Shown here piece by piece: positions 29,099 through 41,960 of a DNA stretch of 64,000 bases. The position numbers and the translations under genes were made by a program. Numbering within the stretch: position 1 is the first letter of the stretch; each line of letters opens with the position of its first letter. The DNA lies in NCBI GenBank assembly GCA_963782055.1, contig CAWAIF010000003.1, positions 5,504,001 to 5,568,000 on the forward strand, given 5' to 3'. This DNA comes from an uncultured delta proteobacterium (GTDB taxonomy: Bacteria > Myxococcota_A > Polyangia > Polyangiales > Polyangiaceae). Under the pieces are notes generated by a model. It saw nothing but the letters and a program-made list of their open reading frames with translations. It was not told the origin of the DNA and searched no databases.

Positions 29099-30098
29099 CG
29101 TGCACCCCCAGCCACCCGGCGCCGACCTCCGGGGCGACGAAGGCCCCGCGCGGCTGCTCCACCACGGTCGTGGACTTCTTCGTCGTCACGATACCGATGA
29201 TCACCATCACCACGCCCGCGCCCGCCCCGATGAACCCGACCGTGGAGACGGCTGCCAGCGCGCGCGCGGCGTCGAGCTGATCCCACTGGTCCGGCGTGCA
29301 CTGATCCTGCGGGCAGTTCAGGCCGTTGCTCTTGGACACGGCGGCGAGACCGGCGCTCGCGCCGACGACCAGGCCGACCCCACCCACGACGAGGCCGGCA
29401 ATCGTCAGGCCGGAGACGCCGCCCCCCTTGTGGACCACCACCGGCGGCCCGCCCGCCGGCGGGGGCTTCGCCTTCTCCGGCGCGGCCGGCGGCGCGAGGG
29501 TGATCTGCCGGTTCTGCGACTCCGACAGGTCCACTGTCGTCGTCACCGTCTCGCCACCCTCCACGCGCGCGGTGATGAGATGCTTGCCCGGGTTGGCCTT
29601 GCGCGGCTCGTCCAGCGCTGCCCGCGGGACGTCCACGCCGTCGATGGTGACGACGGGGACGGCGCCGGGCTGGAGGCCGATCAGGTCGATCTTCAGCGCC
29701 GCGAGGCGCGGCCCGAGCTTCTGCGCCAGCTTCGCCGCGGCGACGCGCGCGTCGGCCGAGCGCTGCGTCTCGTCGCTCGCCACCGGGATGCGCGCGATGC
29801 CCAGACACACCTCGCGGGCCTCCACCAGCATGCCGAGCTGCACCTCCACCTCTGCCAGCTCCATGCCGGTGATGGGGGTCTGCCCGAGCGCGTGGGCCTT
29901 CTGCAGCTTCTCCAGCGCGCCCTTCAGATCGCCCTTCGCGCGGAGCTCCTTGCCCTCCTTGTAGAGGGCGCGCGCGGTCGCGAAGTCCTGGGCGGTCGGC
30001 TCGGCGGCCGAGGCGGGCGGCGCGGCGAGCGCGGGCCCGAGAGCACCGAGCGCACACGCCACGACGAGGGCGCGTGCGCTACCGGATGTCATCGTCAC
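29088..30098 (-). CDS. Exported TPR plus PEGA-like protein with hydrophobic C-terminus
   Basis: Signal peptide, ARALYKEG..A TPR helices, VTIDG...NPGKHLITA, two Gly-rich hydrophobic helices, terminal GVHGAF. Confidence 0.75.
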   Translation of the reverse strand: MTMTSGSARALVVACALGALGPALAAPPASAAEPTAQDFATARALYKEGKELRAKGDLKGALEKLQKAHALGQTPITGMELAEVEVQLGMLVEAREVCLGIARIPVASDETQRSADARVAAAKLAQKLGPRLAALKIDLIGLQPGAVPVVTIDGVDVPRAALDEPRKANPGKHLITARVEGGETVTTTVDLSESQNRQITLAPPAAPEKAKPPPAGGPPVVVHKGGGVSGLTIAGLVVGGVGLVVGASAGLAAVSKSNGLNCPQDQCTPDQWDQLDAARALAAVSTVGFIGAGAGVVMVIIGIVTTKKSTTVVEQPRGAFVAPEVGAGWLGVHGAF

Positions 30099-31488
30099 TC
30101 CCGGTGCTGACCGGCGGCGCCGTGGCGGTGGGCTTCGTCGACGGGTGTGGCGCGGCGGACGCGCTCGCCGTGGTCGCGACGTGGGTGTGCACCACCACGT
30201 GGTGATGTGTCGGCGCGGGCGCTTCGGTGGCTGTGGCCGACGGCGCCGGTGTCAGCGAGACCAGCGGGGCGATCGGCGTGATGACCGTCGTCTCGGGCGC
30301 GGCCGGTGTGCCGGACGCGGTGTCGCCGGACGAGGCGGCGGGCTGGCCCGGGTCCGCCAGGGCGCGGTCGGGCGTGCCCTTGCGCGCGAAGGCGGCGATC
30401 GCCAGGCCGCCGCCGATGCCCAGCGCGATGAGGCCGGCGACGACGAGGGCGCGGCTCCGGCCAGGAGGAGGCTTGGTGGTGGCGACGCCGCCGTACGTGA
30501 GCACCCGCGCGTCGTGGGCGCTGACCGGCGGCACCGACGGCATGGGGTCCACCGCCGTCCTGGCGAGCGCCATCGCGTCCAGCGACGGCGGCGCGCTGGA
30601 GGGGGCGGAGATCGCCATCGCCGGGACCTGACCGGTGGCGGCGACCGTCAGCGCGTCGGCCATCTCCTTCGCGTTCTGGAAGCGGTCCTTCGCGTCGCGC
30701 GCGCACGCCCGCCCGAACCACTCGTCCACCGCGGCGGGGATGTTGGCGTTGAGGGTGCTCGGCTTGGGCAGCGGCTCGTTGTGGATCTTGAGGGCGAGGC
30801 CGCCGACGGTCTCGGCGTCGAAGGGCTTGATGCCGGTCATCGCCTCGAAGGCGACCACGCCGACGGACCAGAGGTCGGTGCGGTGATCGATGTCCTTGGA
30901 GCCGAGGAGCTGCTCGGGGCTCATGTAGTACGGCGAGCCGACGAGCGAGCCGGTCTTGGTGTCGCCGTCCAGCCGCTGCACGTCGGCGCCCTTGGCGATG
31001 CCGAAGTCCAGGAGCTTGACGAACAGGTCCCCGTCGCCCGCGTCGCACAGGAAGATGTTCTGCGGCTTGATGTCGCGGTGGACAATCCCGCTCTCGTGCG
31101 CGCGGACCAGCGCGCGGGAGAGCTGGGTGACGACGGCCGAGACCTCCCGCACGGGCATGCGGCCGTGAGCCTCCAGACGGCCGGCGAGATCCTGGCCCTC
31201 CAGCAGCTCCATCACGATGAAGGGGATGCCGTCCTCCATCACGCCGTGGTCGAGCATCTGCACGACGTGCGGGCTCTTCACCTGCGACGCCGCCGCCGCC
31301 TCACGCTCGAAGCGGGCAATCGCCTCGCTGTTGTCGGCGAGCTCGTCGGCGATGAACTTGACGACGACCTGCGTGTGTAGGGCAAGGTGCTCCGCGAGCC
31401 AGACACTGCCCATCCCACCGGCGCCGAGGGGCCGGACCAGCCGGAGCTTCGGCGTGACCATGAGGCCGGCAGTGAGTTGGTTGGGCAC
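30079..31488 (-). CDS. Hanks-type Ser/Thr protein kinase, membrane-anchored
   Basis: GAGGMGSV, VVVK, HRDIKPQN, DFG, YMSPE, DLWSVG, then TM helix and Pro/Thr tail. Confidence 0.95.
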   Translation of the reverse strand: MPNQLTAGLMVTPKLRLVRPLGAGGMGSVWLAEHLALHTQVVVKFIADELADNSEAIARFEREAAAASQVKSPHVVQMLDHGVMEDGIPFIVMELLEGQDLAGRLEAHGRMPVREVSAVVTQLSRALVRAHESGIVHRDIKPQNIFLCDAGDGDLFVKLLDFGIAKGADVQRLDGDTKTGSLVGSPYYMSPEQLLGSKDIDHRTDLWSVGVVAFEAMTGIKPFDAETVGGLALKIHNEPLPKPSTLNANIPAAVDEWFGRACARDAKDRFQNAKEMADALTVAATGQVPAMAISAPSSAPPSLDAMALARTAVDPMPSVPPVSAHDARVLTYGGVATTKPPPGRSRALVVAGLIALGIGGGLAIAAFARKGTPDRALADPGQPAASSGDTASGTPAAPETTVITPIAPLVSLTPAPSATATEAPAPTHHHVVVHTHVATTASASAAPHPSTKPTATAPPVSTGSDDDIR

Positions 31489-31670
31489 TCCGCGTCGCTC
31501 CTGCACCCCGTGTGCCCGCCGAGACGCCGAGCGGCGGCCGCCGGCGAGCGGACCGGGCTCGCACAAGAATGCGTGAGTCGAGAAGCGGTGGCAAGGGCGC
31601 GCTGCGGGCCTCGACCCGGACCGGCCCGCAGCTTGCTTTGAGAGTATACTCCTCGATCTGGGAGTGCTTC

Positions 31671-32735
31671 ATGTTCAAGATCCTGCGCGCTTACCTCCTC
31701 GCCTCGTTGCCACTCTGTGCCATCGCCTGCAGCGCCGCCGGGTCTCCGCAGGATGGGAGCGGGCCCACCACCAACACCCCCAGTGAGGACGCTGGCGCCC
31801 CCGATGCGCCGATCGGGAGCTTCAACGGCAACGAGAGCTACTGGCCGAAGGTGGTGCTCGTGAACGCCATGGTGAACGGGTCCTCGCTGCTCGGCGACCC
31901 GGCGATCCGCGTGTGCATCCCCGGCTACAACCACGCGCTGCCGGACGACGCGCCCATGCCGGAGTCGAGCTACGCGGGGGTGGAGCGCGGGCGCGGGGCG
32001 GACCTGGGAACCATCACCGGCCTGCACGGCGACACCATCATCGACATCTTCTCCGCGAAGGACCTCAAGACCGACGGCGCCTTCACCACCTCGCGCCTGA
32101 GCTGCGACGCCATCGCCTGCGCCCCGAGCTCCGGCGGCGAGTGCCTCAAGCACGTCGAGCTGCACGTCGACTTCGCCGGCGGGCCGAACCTGGTGGTCGT
32201 CCGCGACGACCCCAACACACCGGGAGACATCACCGCCTCCGTTGCCCCGCTCGCGGCGGCGTACGAGGGCCAGGAGAACGAGCTCACGGTGCAGGTGGCG
32301 GACTTCTCCGGCTGGGCTGCGTCGCGCGGGGCCGCGCGCGTGCGGGTGCGGATGGGCACCAGCGCCGACGACGGCCTCGTCACCGACACGCTGAACCCCG
32401 ACACCGTCACGCCGGACACGCCCGTCAAGATGCCCCTCCCCGCCACGGCGGACTTCTCCACCGAGTCCCTCGTCTTCGAGGCGATGGATGCCAACGACCG
32501 GGTAGCGGACGCCTTCTCCCAGCCGCTCGCGTCGGTGGCCTACCTCTCCGATCCGGGCAGCGCCCCGTCGGTGCTCTTCGGTCACCGGAGCAACTGCGCG
32601 CTCATCCTCGTGGGCGATCCGACCAACGCCGGCGCAGTGACGAAGGACCCCTACGACCCGCTCTTCGACGGCGCACCGCTCCACGCCATCGCTGTGCCCT
32701 ACTCGCCGGCGTCGCCCAGGCCCGCCAGCCCATGA
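31671..32735 (+). CDS. Hypothetical lipoprotein (paralogue 1)
   Basis: AIAC lipobox; shares motifs with the next gene. Confidence 0.72.
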   Translation: MFKILRAYLLASLPLCAIACSAAGSPQDGSGPTTNTPSEDAGAPDAPIGSFNGNESYWPKVVLVNAMVNGSSLLGDPAIRVCIPGYNHALPDDAPMPESSYAGVERGRGADLGTITGLHGDTIIDIFSAKDLKTDGAFTTSRLSCDAIACAPSSGGECLKHVELHVDFAGGPNLVVVRDDPNTPGDITASVAPLAAAYEGQENELTVQVADFSGWAASRGAARVRVRMGTSADDGLVTDTLNPDTVTPDTPVKMPLPATADFSTESLVFEAMDANDRVADAFSQPLASVAYLSDPGSAPSVLFGHRSNCALILVGDPTNAGAVTKDPYDPLFDGAPLHAIAVPYSPASPRPASP

Positions 32736-33760
32736 CTGACCGCCTGCTTCTCGGCGCCGGGAGCGTCGCCGCCGCCTGTGTGCTCTGGCTGGCGAGCGGG
32801 ACCATCACGGCGTGCAGCGCCCTGGCCGTCGCCGGCGACGCAGGCCAGAACGACAGGGACGCCGCGAAACAGCAGCCCGACGCCGCCATCGTCAACCAGG
32901 GCGCGCCGCGCTTCGTCGTCGTCAACGGACTGGTAGACGGCGGCGCGAAGGCGCTGAACGACGTTCGCCTCTGCTTCAGCGATCGCCCCGACGACTACCC
33001 CGTGCCCGACGATCCGGCGCAGCCCATGCCGCTCAGCAGCTACCCGGGCATCGCGCGCGGGCGCGGGCTCGACCTCGGACCGATCAGCACCACCGCCACC
33101 AGCGTGCAGGTGTTCGACGCCAAGTCCATCAAGGCGGACGTCAAGGGCGGCGACGCGCAGTTCCGGCAGACGTGCGGGCAGCTCGCGGGCGACCCGAGCT
33201 CGTACGTCGAGCTGACGCAGCCGGAGGCCCCGGGCCCGCACAACCTCCTCGTCCTGCAGGACGACGCGGGGCAGAGCTCCGGCGTCAGCCTCCGGCTCGG
33301 GCAGCTCACGACGCAGGCCGTCGCCCCGGCGGACGACGCGGGGGCGACGGGGGCCCTCTACGGCACCTTCTCCGTCTACGCGGCGTGGGGCGAGGGCGGC
33401 ACCTTCGACGTGAGCATGATCCCCGGGGATGCGGGCACGGTGAGCCTGAGCTCCGCGCTCGGCTCCGCCGCGCCGTCGACGGTCGCGCCCATCCCCATCA
33501 CCTCTCCCTACGACCAGACGTCGCTGCGCTTCGAGTCGAGCGAGCCCGCGGTCACGCCGCGCACGCTGGAGCAGACCCTGGCGGAGACGCAGATCCTCTC
33601 CGACCCGACCACCGCGCCCTCCGAGCTCTACGGGCGGCGGGCCGACTTCGCCTTCGTCGTGGTGGGCGACCCCGCCAGCTCGGCCATCGGCGACGCCGGC
33701 GCGGATCCCTCCTTCGACGGCAAGGCGATGCACATCCTGGTGGTCCCCTTCTATCCATGA
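32732..33760 (+). CDS. Hypothetical lipoprotein (paralogue 2)
   Basis: ATGA overlap; ITAC lipobox; motifs shared with 31671..32735. Confidence 0.72.
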   Translation: MTDRLLLGAGSVAAACVLWLASGTITACSALAVAGDAGQNDRDAAKQQPDAAIVNQGAPRFVVVNGLVDGGAKALNDVRLCFSDRPDDYPVPDDPAQPMPLSSYPGIARGRGLDLGPISTTATSVQVFDAKSIKADVKGGDAQFRQTCGQLAGDPSSYVELTQPEAPGPHNLLVLQDDAGQSSGVSLRLGQLTTQAVAPADDAGATGALYGTFSVYAAWGEGGTFDVSMIPGDAGTVSLSSALGSAAPSTVAPIPITSPYDQTSLRFESSEPAVTPRTLEQTLAETQILSDPTTAPSELYGRRADFAFVVVGDPASSAIGDAGADPSFDGKAMHILVVPFYP

Positions 33761-33827
33761 CTTTCCGCCGCCCCGGCGCGCCTTCGTCGTGGCGGAAGGG
33801 CCCGCGCTGATCTCAGATCGCCTCCCC

Positions 33828-34373
33828 GTGCCTCGCCTCTGCGTCTTCTGCGGATCCCGCGTCGGGGTCCGCCCTTCGTACCTCGCGGCCGCGCGGGAGC
33901 TGGGCTCTGCCCTGGCGCGCCGCCGCCTCGGTCTCGTCTACGGCGGGGCGAGCGTGGGGCTCATGGGCGCGCTGGCCGACGCCGTGCTCGCCGACGCGGG
34001 CGAGGTGATCGGCGTGATCCCGCAGGGCGTCTTCACCCGGGAGGTCGCTCACACCGCGCTGACCGAGCTGCACGTCGTCCCCAGCATGCACGCGCGCAAG
34101 GCGCTGATGGCGCAGAAGAGCGACGCCTTCCTCGCCCTGCCCGGCGGCCTGGGCACCTTCGACGAGCTGTTCGAGATCCTCACCTGGAAGCAGATCGGCC
34201 TGCACGCCAAGCCCATCGGCCTGCTGGACGTGGACGGCTACTTCGGCGCGCTCGGCGGGATGCTCGAGCAGGCCGTGGTGGAGGGCTTCAGCGAGCCCGT
34301 CCCCATCGCCGTCGTGGACAGCTCCGTCGAGCGGGTGCTGGACGTCCTCCTCGGCGAGCGGCCGCGTCAGTAG
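33828..34373 (+). CDS. LOG-family phosphoribohydrolase (TIGR00730-like)
   Basis: [33 protein letters not shown]. Confidence 0.9.
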   Translation: MPRLCVFCGSRVGVRPSYLAAARELGSALARRRLGLVYGGASVGLMGALADAVLADAGEVIGVIPQGVFTREVAHTALTELHVVPSMHARKALMAQKSDAFLALPGGLGTFDELFEILTWKQIGLHAKPIGLLDVDGYFGALGGMLEQAVVEGFSEPVPIAVVDSSVERVLDVLLGERPRQ

Positions 34374-34885
34374 CCTGGGACGCAGTCGTAGAGCTGGCGC
34401 GAGGCCACCAGGACCGGCGGCGTGCCGTCGGTGGCGCGCTCGAAGGTGATCCAGACGCGGAGGAAGAGCCTGGACGGCTCGCCGAGGGTCTTCAGCTTGG
34501 CGCCCACGTCCACGCCGGTCCACACCGTGATGTCCGGTCCGGTGACGTGCGCGAGCGTCGCGTGAGGTGCGGCGTCCAGCGCGGCCTCGGTGTCGGCGGT
34601 GGCGGCGACCATGAGCAGGCCGGAGTCCGCGGGGGTGTGCGTCTGGAAGTCGAAGAACTGCCAGACGGGCAGCTCGCCGCTGATGCACGCGCCCTCGAAG
34701 GTGAAGGTGGCGACGTCGTTCTCGCCGGCGTCGCCCGCGTCGACCCGCACCGGCGTGGCGTCGGCGAGGAAGGAGGCGTCGTGGCTCGGGGAGGCGGCGT
34801 CGGTGCCGCCCAGCGGCGGCGGCCTCTCGTCGGAGCAGGCGGCCGCGCCCGCGAGCAGCGCCAGCGGCCACAGGAGGCGACGCAT
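34367..34885 (-). CDS. Hypothetical lipoprotein
   Basis: [17 protein letters not shown] lipobox and DAG linker. Confidence 0.68.
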   Translation of the reverse strand: MRRLLWPLALLAGAAACSDERPPPLGGTDAASPSHDASFLADATPVRVDAGDAGENDVATFTFEGACISGELPVWQFFDFQTHTPADSGLLMVAATADTEAALDAAPHATLAHVTGPDITVWTGVDVGAKLKTLGEPSRLFLRVWITFERATDGTPPVLVASRQLYDCVPGY

Positions 34886-34902
34886 ACCGACAGGATAGCG
34901 GC

Positions 34903-36351
34903 TCACGCCACGAATCGCACGGGCGCCCCGAGCGCGACGGCGTGGAAGCGCGACAGGTCGCCGGCAGCGATCACCGCCAGGACCGGGTAGCCGCCGGTCG
35001 TCGGGCCGTCGGGGCCCAGGACGATGGGCTGCCCGCCTGCGGGGATCTCGATGGCGCCCGGGACCATCGGCGCGCTGGGTCCCGAATCCGCGCGGCCCTC
35101 GGCGTCACGACGGGCGACGCGGCCGCCTCCGAGGCGCGTGCCCGCGCGATCGCTCGAGGGGTCGACGGTCCAGTGCGTCGCGAGGAAGCGCTCCAGCGCG
35201 TCCGGCGGGAAGGCGCCCGCGTCCGGTCCGGGGATCACCCGGATCGTCCGGCGCTCGTCACTCGCCGGTGCGGAGAGCGCGGCGGAGGGCGGCGCTTCTC
35301 CCGCGGCGAGCGCGTCCCCCTCGCGCAGCGCGCGGCCGTCGAGGCCGCCCAGCCCGGCGACCAGGAGGGTGCTGCGGCTGCCCAGCACCAGCGGCGCGTC
35401 CACGCCACCGGCGACCGCCAGATAGCGCGCCCGCACCCCGCGGGCGGGCTCGACGGCGTAGCGATCACCTGCGTGTAGACTGCATGCATCTCCGGACGCG
35501 GTGGCGACGCGCGCCTCGCTCGTCGCGCGCAGCACCAGGCGGCCGAGCACCTCCACGGCCGCCGCGCCTGGCGGGTTGCCCACCGCGGCGTTGGCCGCGG
35601 CGAGCGCCTGCGGCACCAGCGCACCGCCGGCGGGCACGCCCTCGTGCGCGTGCCCCGGACGGCCGAGGTCCTGCACAGTGCACAGGCCGAGCGCCTTCTC
35701 CACACGCAGGACCGGGTCGGGCGCCGGAGCGCGCGGACGCGGTGCCTCGGCGGGCGCGACGTCGCCCTGGACGAAGCGGAGGTGATCGCCCGCCCGGAGC
35801 AGCGCGCCACGCTCCGGATCGAAGAGCGGCGGCCCCAGCGCCCGCCCGAGGAGATGCCACCCGCCCGCGCTGGCGAAGGGGTAGACGCCGGTGTACGCGC
35901 CGGCGACGCCGATGGCGCCCGCCGGCACGCGCGCACGCGGCGCGGCACGGCGCGGCAGGCGCAGCGGCCCCGGCACGTCACCCAGGTACGCGAAGCCGGG
36001 CAGGAAGCCCATCATCCGCACCTCGTAGTCGGCGCTCGCGTGCAGGCGCGCGGCGTCCCCGGCGCTCATGCCGGCGGCGGCGGCGACCGCCGCGAGATCC
36101 TCGCCGTCGTAGCGCGCCACGATCTCCACCCGGCGAGGCGCGGTCGGCGGCGCGCGCAGCGCGCTCAGCGCGGCGACGGCGTCGTCGTCGACCGCCGGCA
36201 CCCCTTCGAAGATCACGCCGACGTGCGCCTCGGTGACGACGGCGTCCACCACGCCCGGCCACGCGCGCACGGCCTCGCGCAGGGCGGCGGCGGAGGTGCC
36301 GGGCGGGCAATCGATGCGCACCGCGCGGTCGCCCAGCGGCCGGACCGTCAT
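34903..36351 (-). CDS. pxpBC: 5-oxoprolinase subunits B and C fusion (carboxyltransferase / allophanate hydrolase-like)
   Basis: [32 protein letters not shown], then [24 protein letters not shown]. Confidence 0.85.
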   Translation of the reverse strand: MTVRPLGDRAVRIDCPPGTSAAALREAVRAWPGVVDAVVTEAHVGVIFEGVPAVDDDAVAALSALRAPPTAPRRVEIVARYDGEDLAAVAAAAGMSAGDAARLHASADYEVRMMGFLPGFAYLGDVPGPLRLPRRAAPRARVPAGAIGVAGAYTGVYPFASAGGWHLLGRALGPPLFDPERGALLRAGDHLRFVQGDVAPAEAPRPRAPAPDPVLRVEKALGLCTVQDLGRPGHAHEGVPAGGALVPQALAAANAAVGNPPGAAAVEVLGRLVLRATSEARVATASGDACSLHAGDRYAVEPARGVRARYLAVAGGVDAPLVLGSRSTLLVAGLGGLDGRALREGDALAAGEAPPSAALSAPASDERRTIRVIPGPDAGAFPPDALERFLATHWTVDPSSDRAGTRLGGGRVARRDAEGRADSGPSAPMVPGAIEIPAGGQPIVLGPDGPTTGGYPVLAVIAAGDLSRFHAVALGAPVRFVA

Positions 36352-37052
36352 GCGGGCCCGCGTGCCAGGCCGTCGAGCGCGGCGCGCACCGCCCGAACCA
36401 CCGCCAGCGCGCCCGCCGTGTCGCCGTGGACGCACACGGTGTCCACGTCCGTCGCGATCGCGACGGCGCGCGCGGCGGCGGCGGCGGGGTCCTCGATCAT
36501 CGCGCCGGGCTGCCCGCGGGGGACGAGCGAGCCGTCGGGGAGCACCCCGCGATCGGCGAAGCCCTCCCGCGCGTAGGCGAGGCCGAGCTCGGTGCACGCC
36601 TCGCGCAGCGCGCCGGAAGGCGGACCGATGACCGTCCCCTCCCAGCCCAGCGCCTCGGTGATGGCGCGCAGCGCCGCCCGCGCCACCGCGGGATCGCGTC
36701 CGGCGGCGTGGTAGAGCGCGCCGTGCAGCTTGACGTAGGGCACCGCCACCTTCTCCCGTCGCGCCACCGAGGCGAGGGCGTGGCACTGCTCGGCGACCGC
36801 AGCCTCCAGCGCCTGCGGCGTCAGATCCATCGGCCGCCGCCCGAAGCCCTCGCGGTCCGGATACGAGGGGTGCGCCCCCACCGCCGTCCCGACTTGTTTG
36901 CAGATTACAACTACACGCCGCATGGACTTCTCGTCGCCCGCGTGCCCGCCGCAGGCCACGTTCACCACGTGGGCGAGGGCGTAGAGCTCCTCTGGCTCGC
37001 CGGGCATCTCGCCCGCGTCGACGTTCAGAAAGGGCGCCGCGCGTAGGGTCAC
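36348..37052 (-). CDS. pxpA: 5-oxoprolinase subunit A (LamB/YcsF)
   Basis: LNVDAGE, NVACGGHAGD, GAHPSYPDREGFGRR, YVKLHGALY, TVCVHGD. Confidence 0.92.
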   Translation of the reverse strand: MTLRAAPFLNVDAGEMPGEPEELYALAHVVNVACGGHAGDEKSMRRVVVICKQVGTAVGAHPSYPDREGFGRRPMDLTPQALEAAVAEQCHALASVARREKVAVPYVKLHGALYHAAGRDPAVARAALRAITEALGWEGTVIGPPSGALREACTELGLAYAREGFADRGVLPDGSLVPRGQPGAMIEDPAAAAARAVAIATDVDTVCVHGDTAGALAVVRAVRAALDGLARGPA

Positions 37053-37069
37053 GCGGGTACAATACGCCG
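37053..37069. promoter_or_regulatory. Bidirectional leaderless promoter (overlapping -10 hexamers)
   Basis: Plus strand TACAAT (37058-37063)+6 nt+ATG 37070; minus strand TATTGT (37064-37059)+6 nt+GTG 37052. Confidence 0.65.
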
Positions 37070-37792
37070 ATGCGCGCGTACCTCGTAGCTTCGGCACTCC
37101 TTCTGTTCGCCTGCTCCTCGTCCAGCCCGACCAGCCCCGACGATGGCGGCACGGCCGGAGACGCGGGCGGCGGCGGCGACACGGGCGCGACGGACGACGG
37201 CGGCGGCGCTGACGCCGGCCTCTACCTGCCGGCGGGCTACACCCTCGTCCCCTTCCTCTCCGACACCGCGACGACGCACACCTTCGGCCAGGCCGACCAG
37301 GTCATCGACGCCAGCAAGGATTACGTCGGCGTCCTGGACACCGACGCCGGCCGCATCGTGATGCAGCTTCTCTCGAAGGACGCCCCCATCTCCTGCAACT
37401 CCTTCGTCTTCCTGACGCTGCACCACTTCTACGACGGCATCGCCTTCCATCGCGTCATCGACAACTTCATGGCGCAGACGGGCGACCCGAACACCATCTC
37501 CGGCGCGCCGGCCACGTGGGGGACCGGGGGACCGGGCTACTACTTCGGCCTGGAGGTCACCCCCAGCCTGAACTTCGACGGCCCGGGTGTCGTGGGCATG
37601 GCGCGGACGAGCGACCCCAACACCAACGGCTCGCAGTTCTTCATCACCTTCGTCGCCTACCCCTCGCTCGACCAGCAGTACACCGTGTGGGCCAAGGTCA
37701 CCGAGGGCCTGGACGTGCTCCCCAACATCGTCCGAGGCCAGCCGCCGCCCACGCCGACCCGCATCGTCGACGCGTACATCGGGGTGAAGTAG
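37070..37792 (+). CDS. Cyclophilin-type peptidyl-prolyl isomerase, lipoprotein
   Basis: LFAC lipobox; FYDGIAFHRVIDNFMAQTGDP, GTGGPGY, NGSQFFIT. Confidence 0.93.
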   Translation: MRAYLVASALLLFACSSSSPTSPDDGGTAGDAGGGGDTGATDDGGGADAGLYLPAGYTLVPFLSDTATTHTFGQADQVIDASKDYVGVLDTDAGRIVMQLLSKDAPISCNSFVFLTLHHFYDGIAFHRVIDNFMAQTGDPNTISGAPATWGTGGPGYYFGLEVTPSLNFDGPGVVGMARTSDPNTNGSQFFITFVAYPSLDQQYTVWAKVTEGLDVLPNIVRGQPPPTPTRIVDAYIGVK

Positions 37793-37798
37793 CCCCGA

Positions 37799-38110
37799 CT
37801 ACTGCTGCACCCCGCACTTGCCGCCGTTGCACGTGATCGTCACGTTGATGGTGAAGCACGGCCCCATGTCGCACTGCCCGCACTTCGCCTTCTTGTCGGC
37901 GAAGTCCTTCTGGTAGCTCGCCAGGTCCTTCTTGTTGATCGCGCCCGTCGCGGTATCGCACTCGCAGCACCCGGTGCCCTCGACGATGCCGACGCAGTCG
38001 TCCGGCGTGCTGCAGTCCTGGTTGTAGTCGCTCGCCTTGACGACATCCGAGCCGCAGGCGGCCAGAAGGACGAAGCAAGCACCGACCAGAGCGGACAAAG
38101 CCTTGCGCAT
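37799..38110 (-). CDS. Small cysteine-rich lipoprotein
   Basis: MRKALS...LAAC lipobox followed by many Cys. Confidence 0.65.
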   Translation of the reverse strand: MRKALSALVGACFVLLAACGSDVVKASDYNQDCSTPDDCVGIVEGTGCCECDTATGAINKKDLASYQKDFADKKAKCGQCDMGPCFTINVTITCNGGKCGVQQ

Positions 38111-38214
38111 GCCGGCATTCGACCACGTTTCGCAGGTGGAATCAGCCGCGAAACCACGACGCGTTGCGGCGCATCCCATGGCGGAGTAGATCCGCGCACA
38201 CGGAGCTGAGACCC

Positions 38215-40587
<2,373 letters not shown>

Positions 40588-40622
40588 GCCTCACCGCCTC
40601 ACCCCCGGCCTCACCCCCCCGC

Positions 40623-40651
40623 CCCCCCTCTCCCTACGAGGGAGAGGGGGG
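40623..40651. repeat. Intra-operon 13-bp hairpin (REP-like)
   Basis: CCCCCCTCTCCCT-ACG-AGGGAGAGGGGGG between fadN and fadA, no poly-T tail; preceded by three GCCTCACC copies. Confidence 0.65.
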
Positions 40652-40737
40652 AGAAGAAGGAGACGGAGACGGAGAGGGAGACGGGGCGGTTCGCTGACTG
40701 ACGGGTCGTGGTTACGTTTGGACGTTGGAGAAATGTC

Positions 40738-41901
<1,164 letters not shown>

Positions 41902-41960
41902 CTCCGCGCCGCTCGCCGTCGGACGGACGGCTCGACTCCCCGCGCGCGGGCCGCCTGCCC

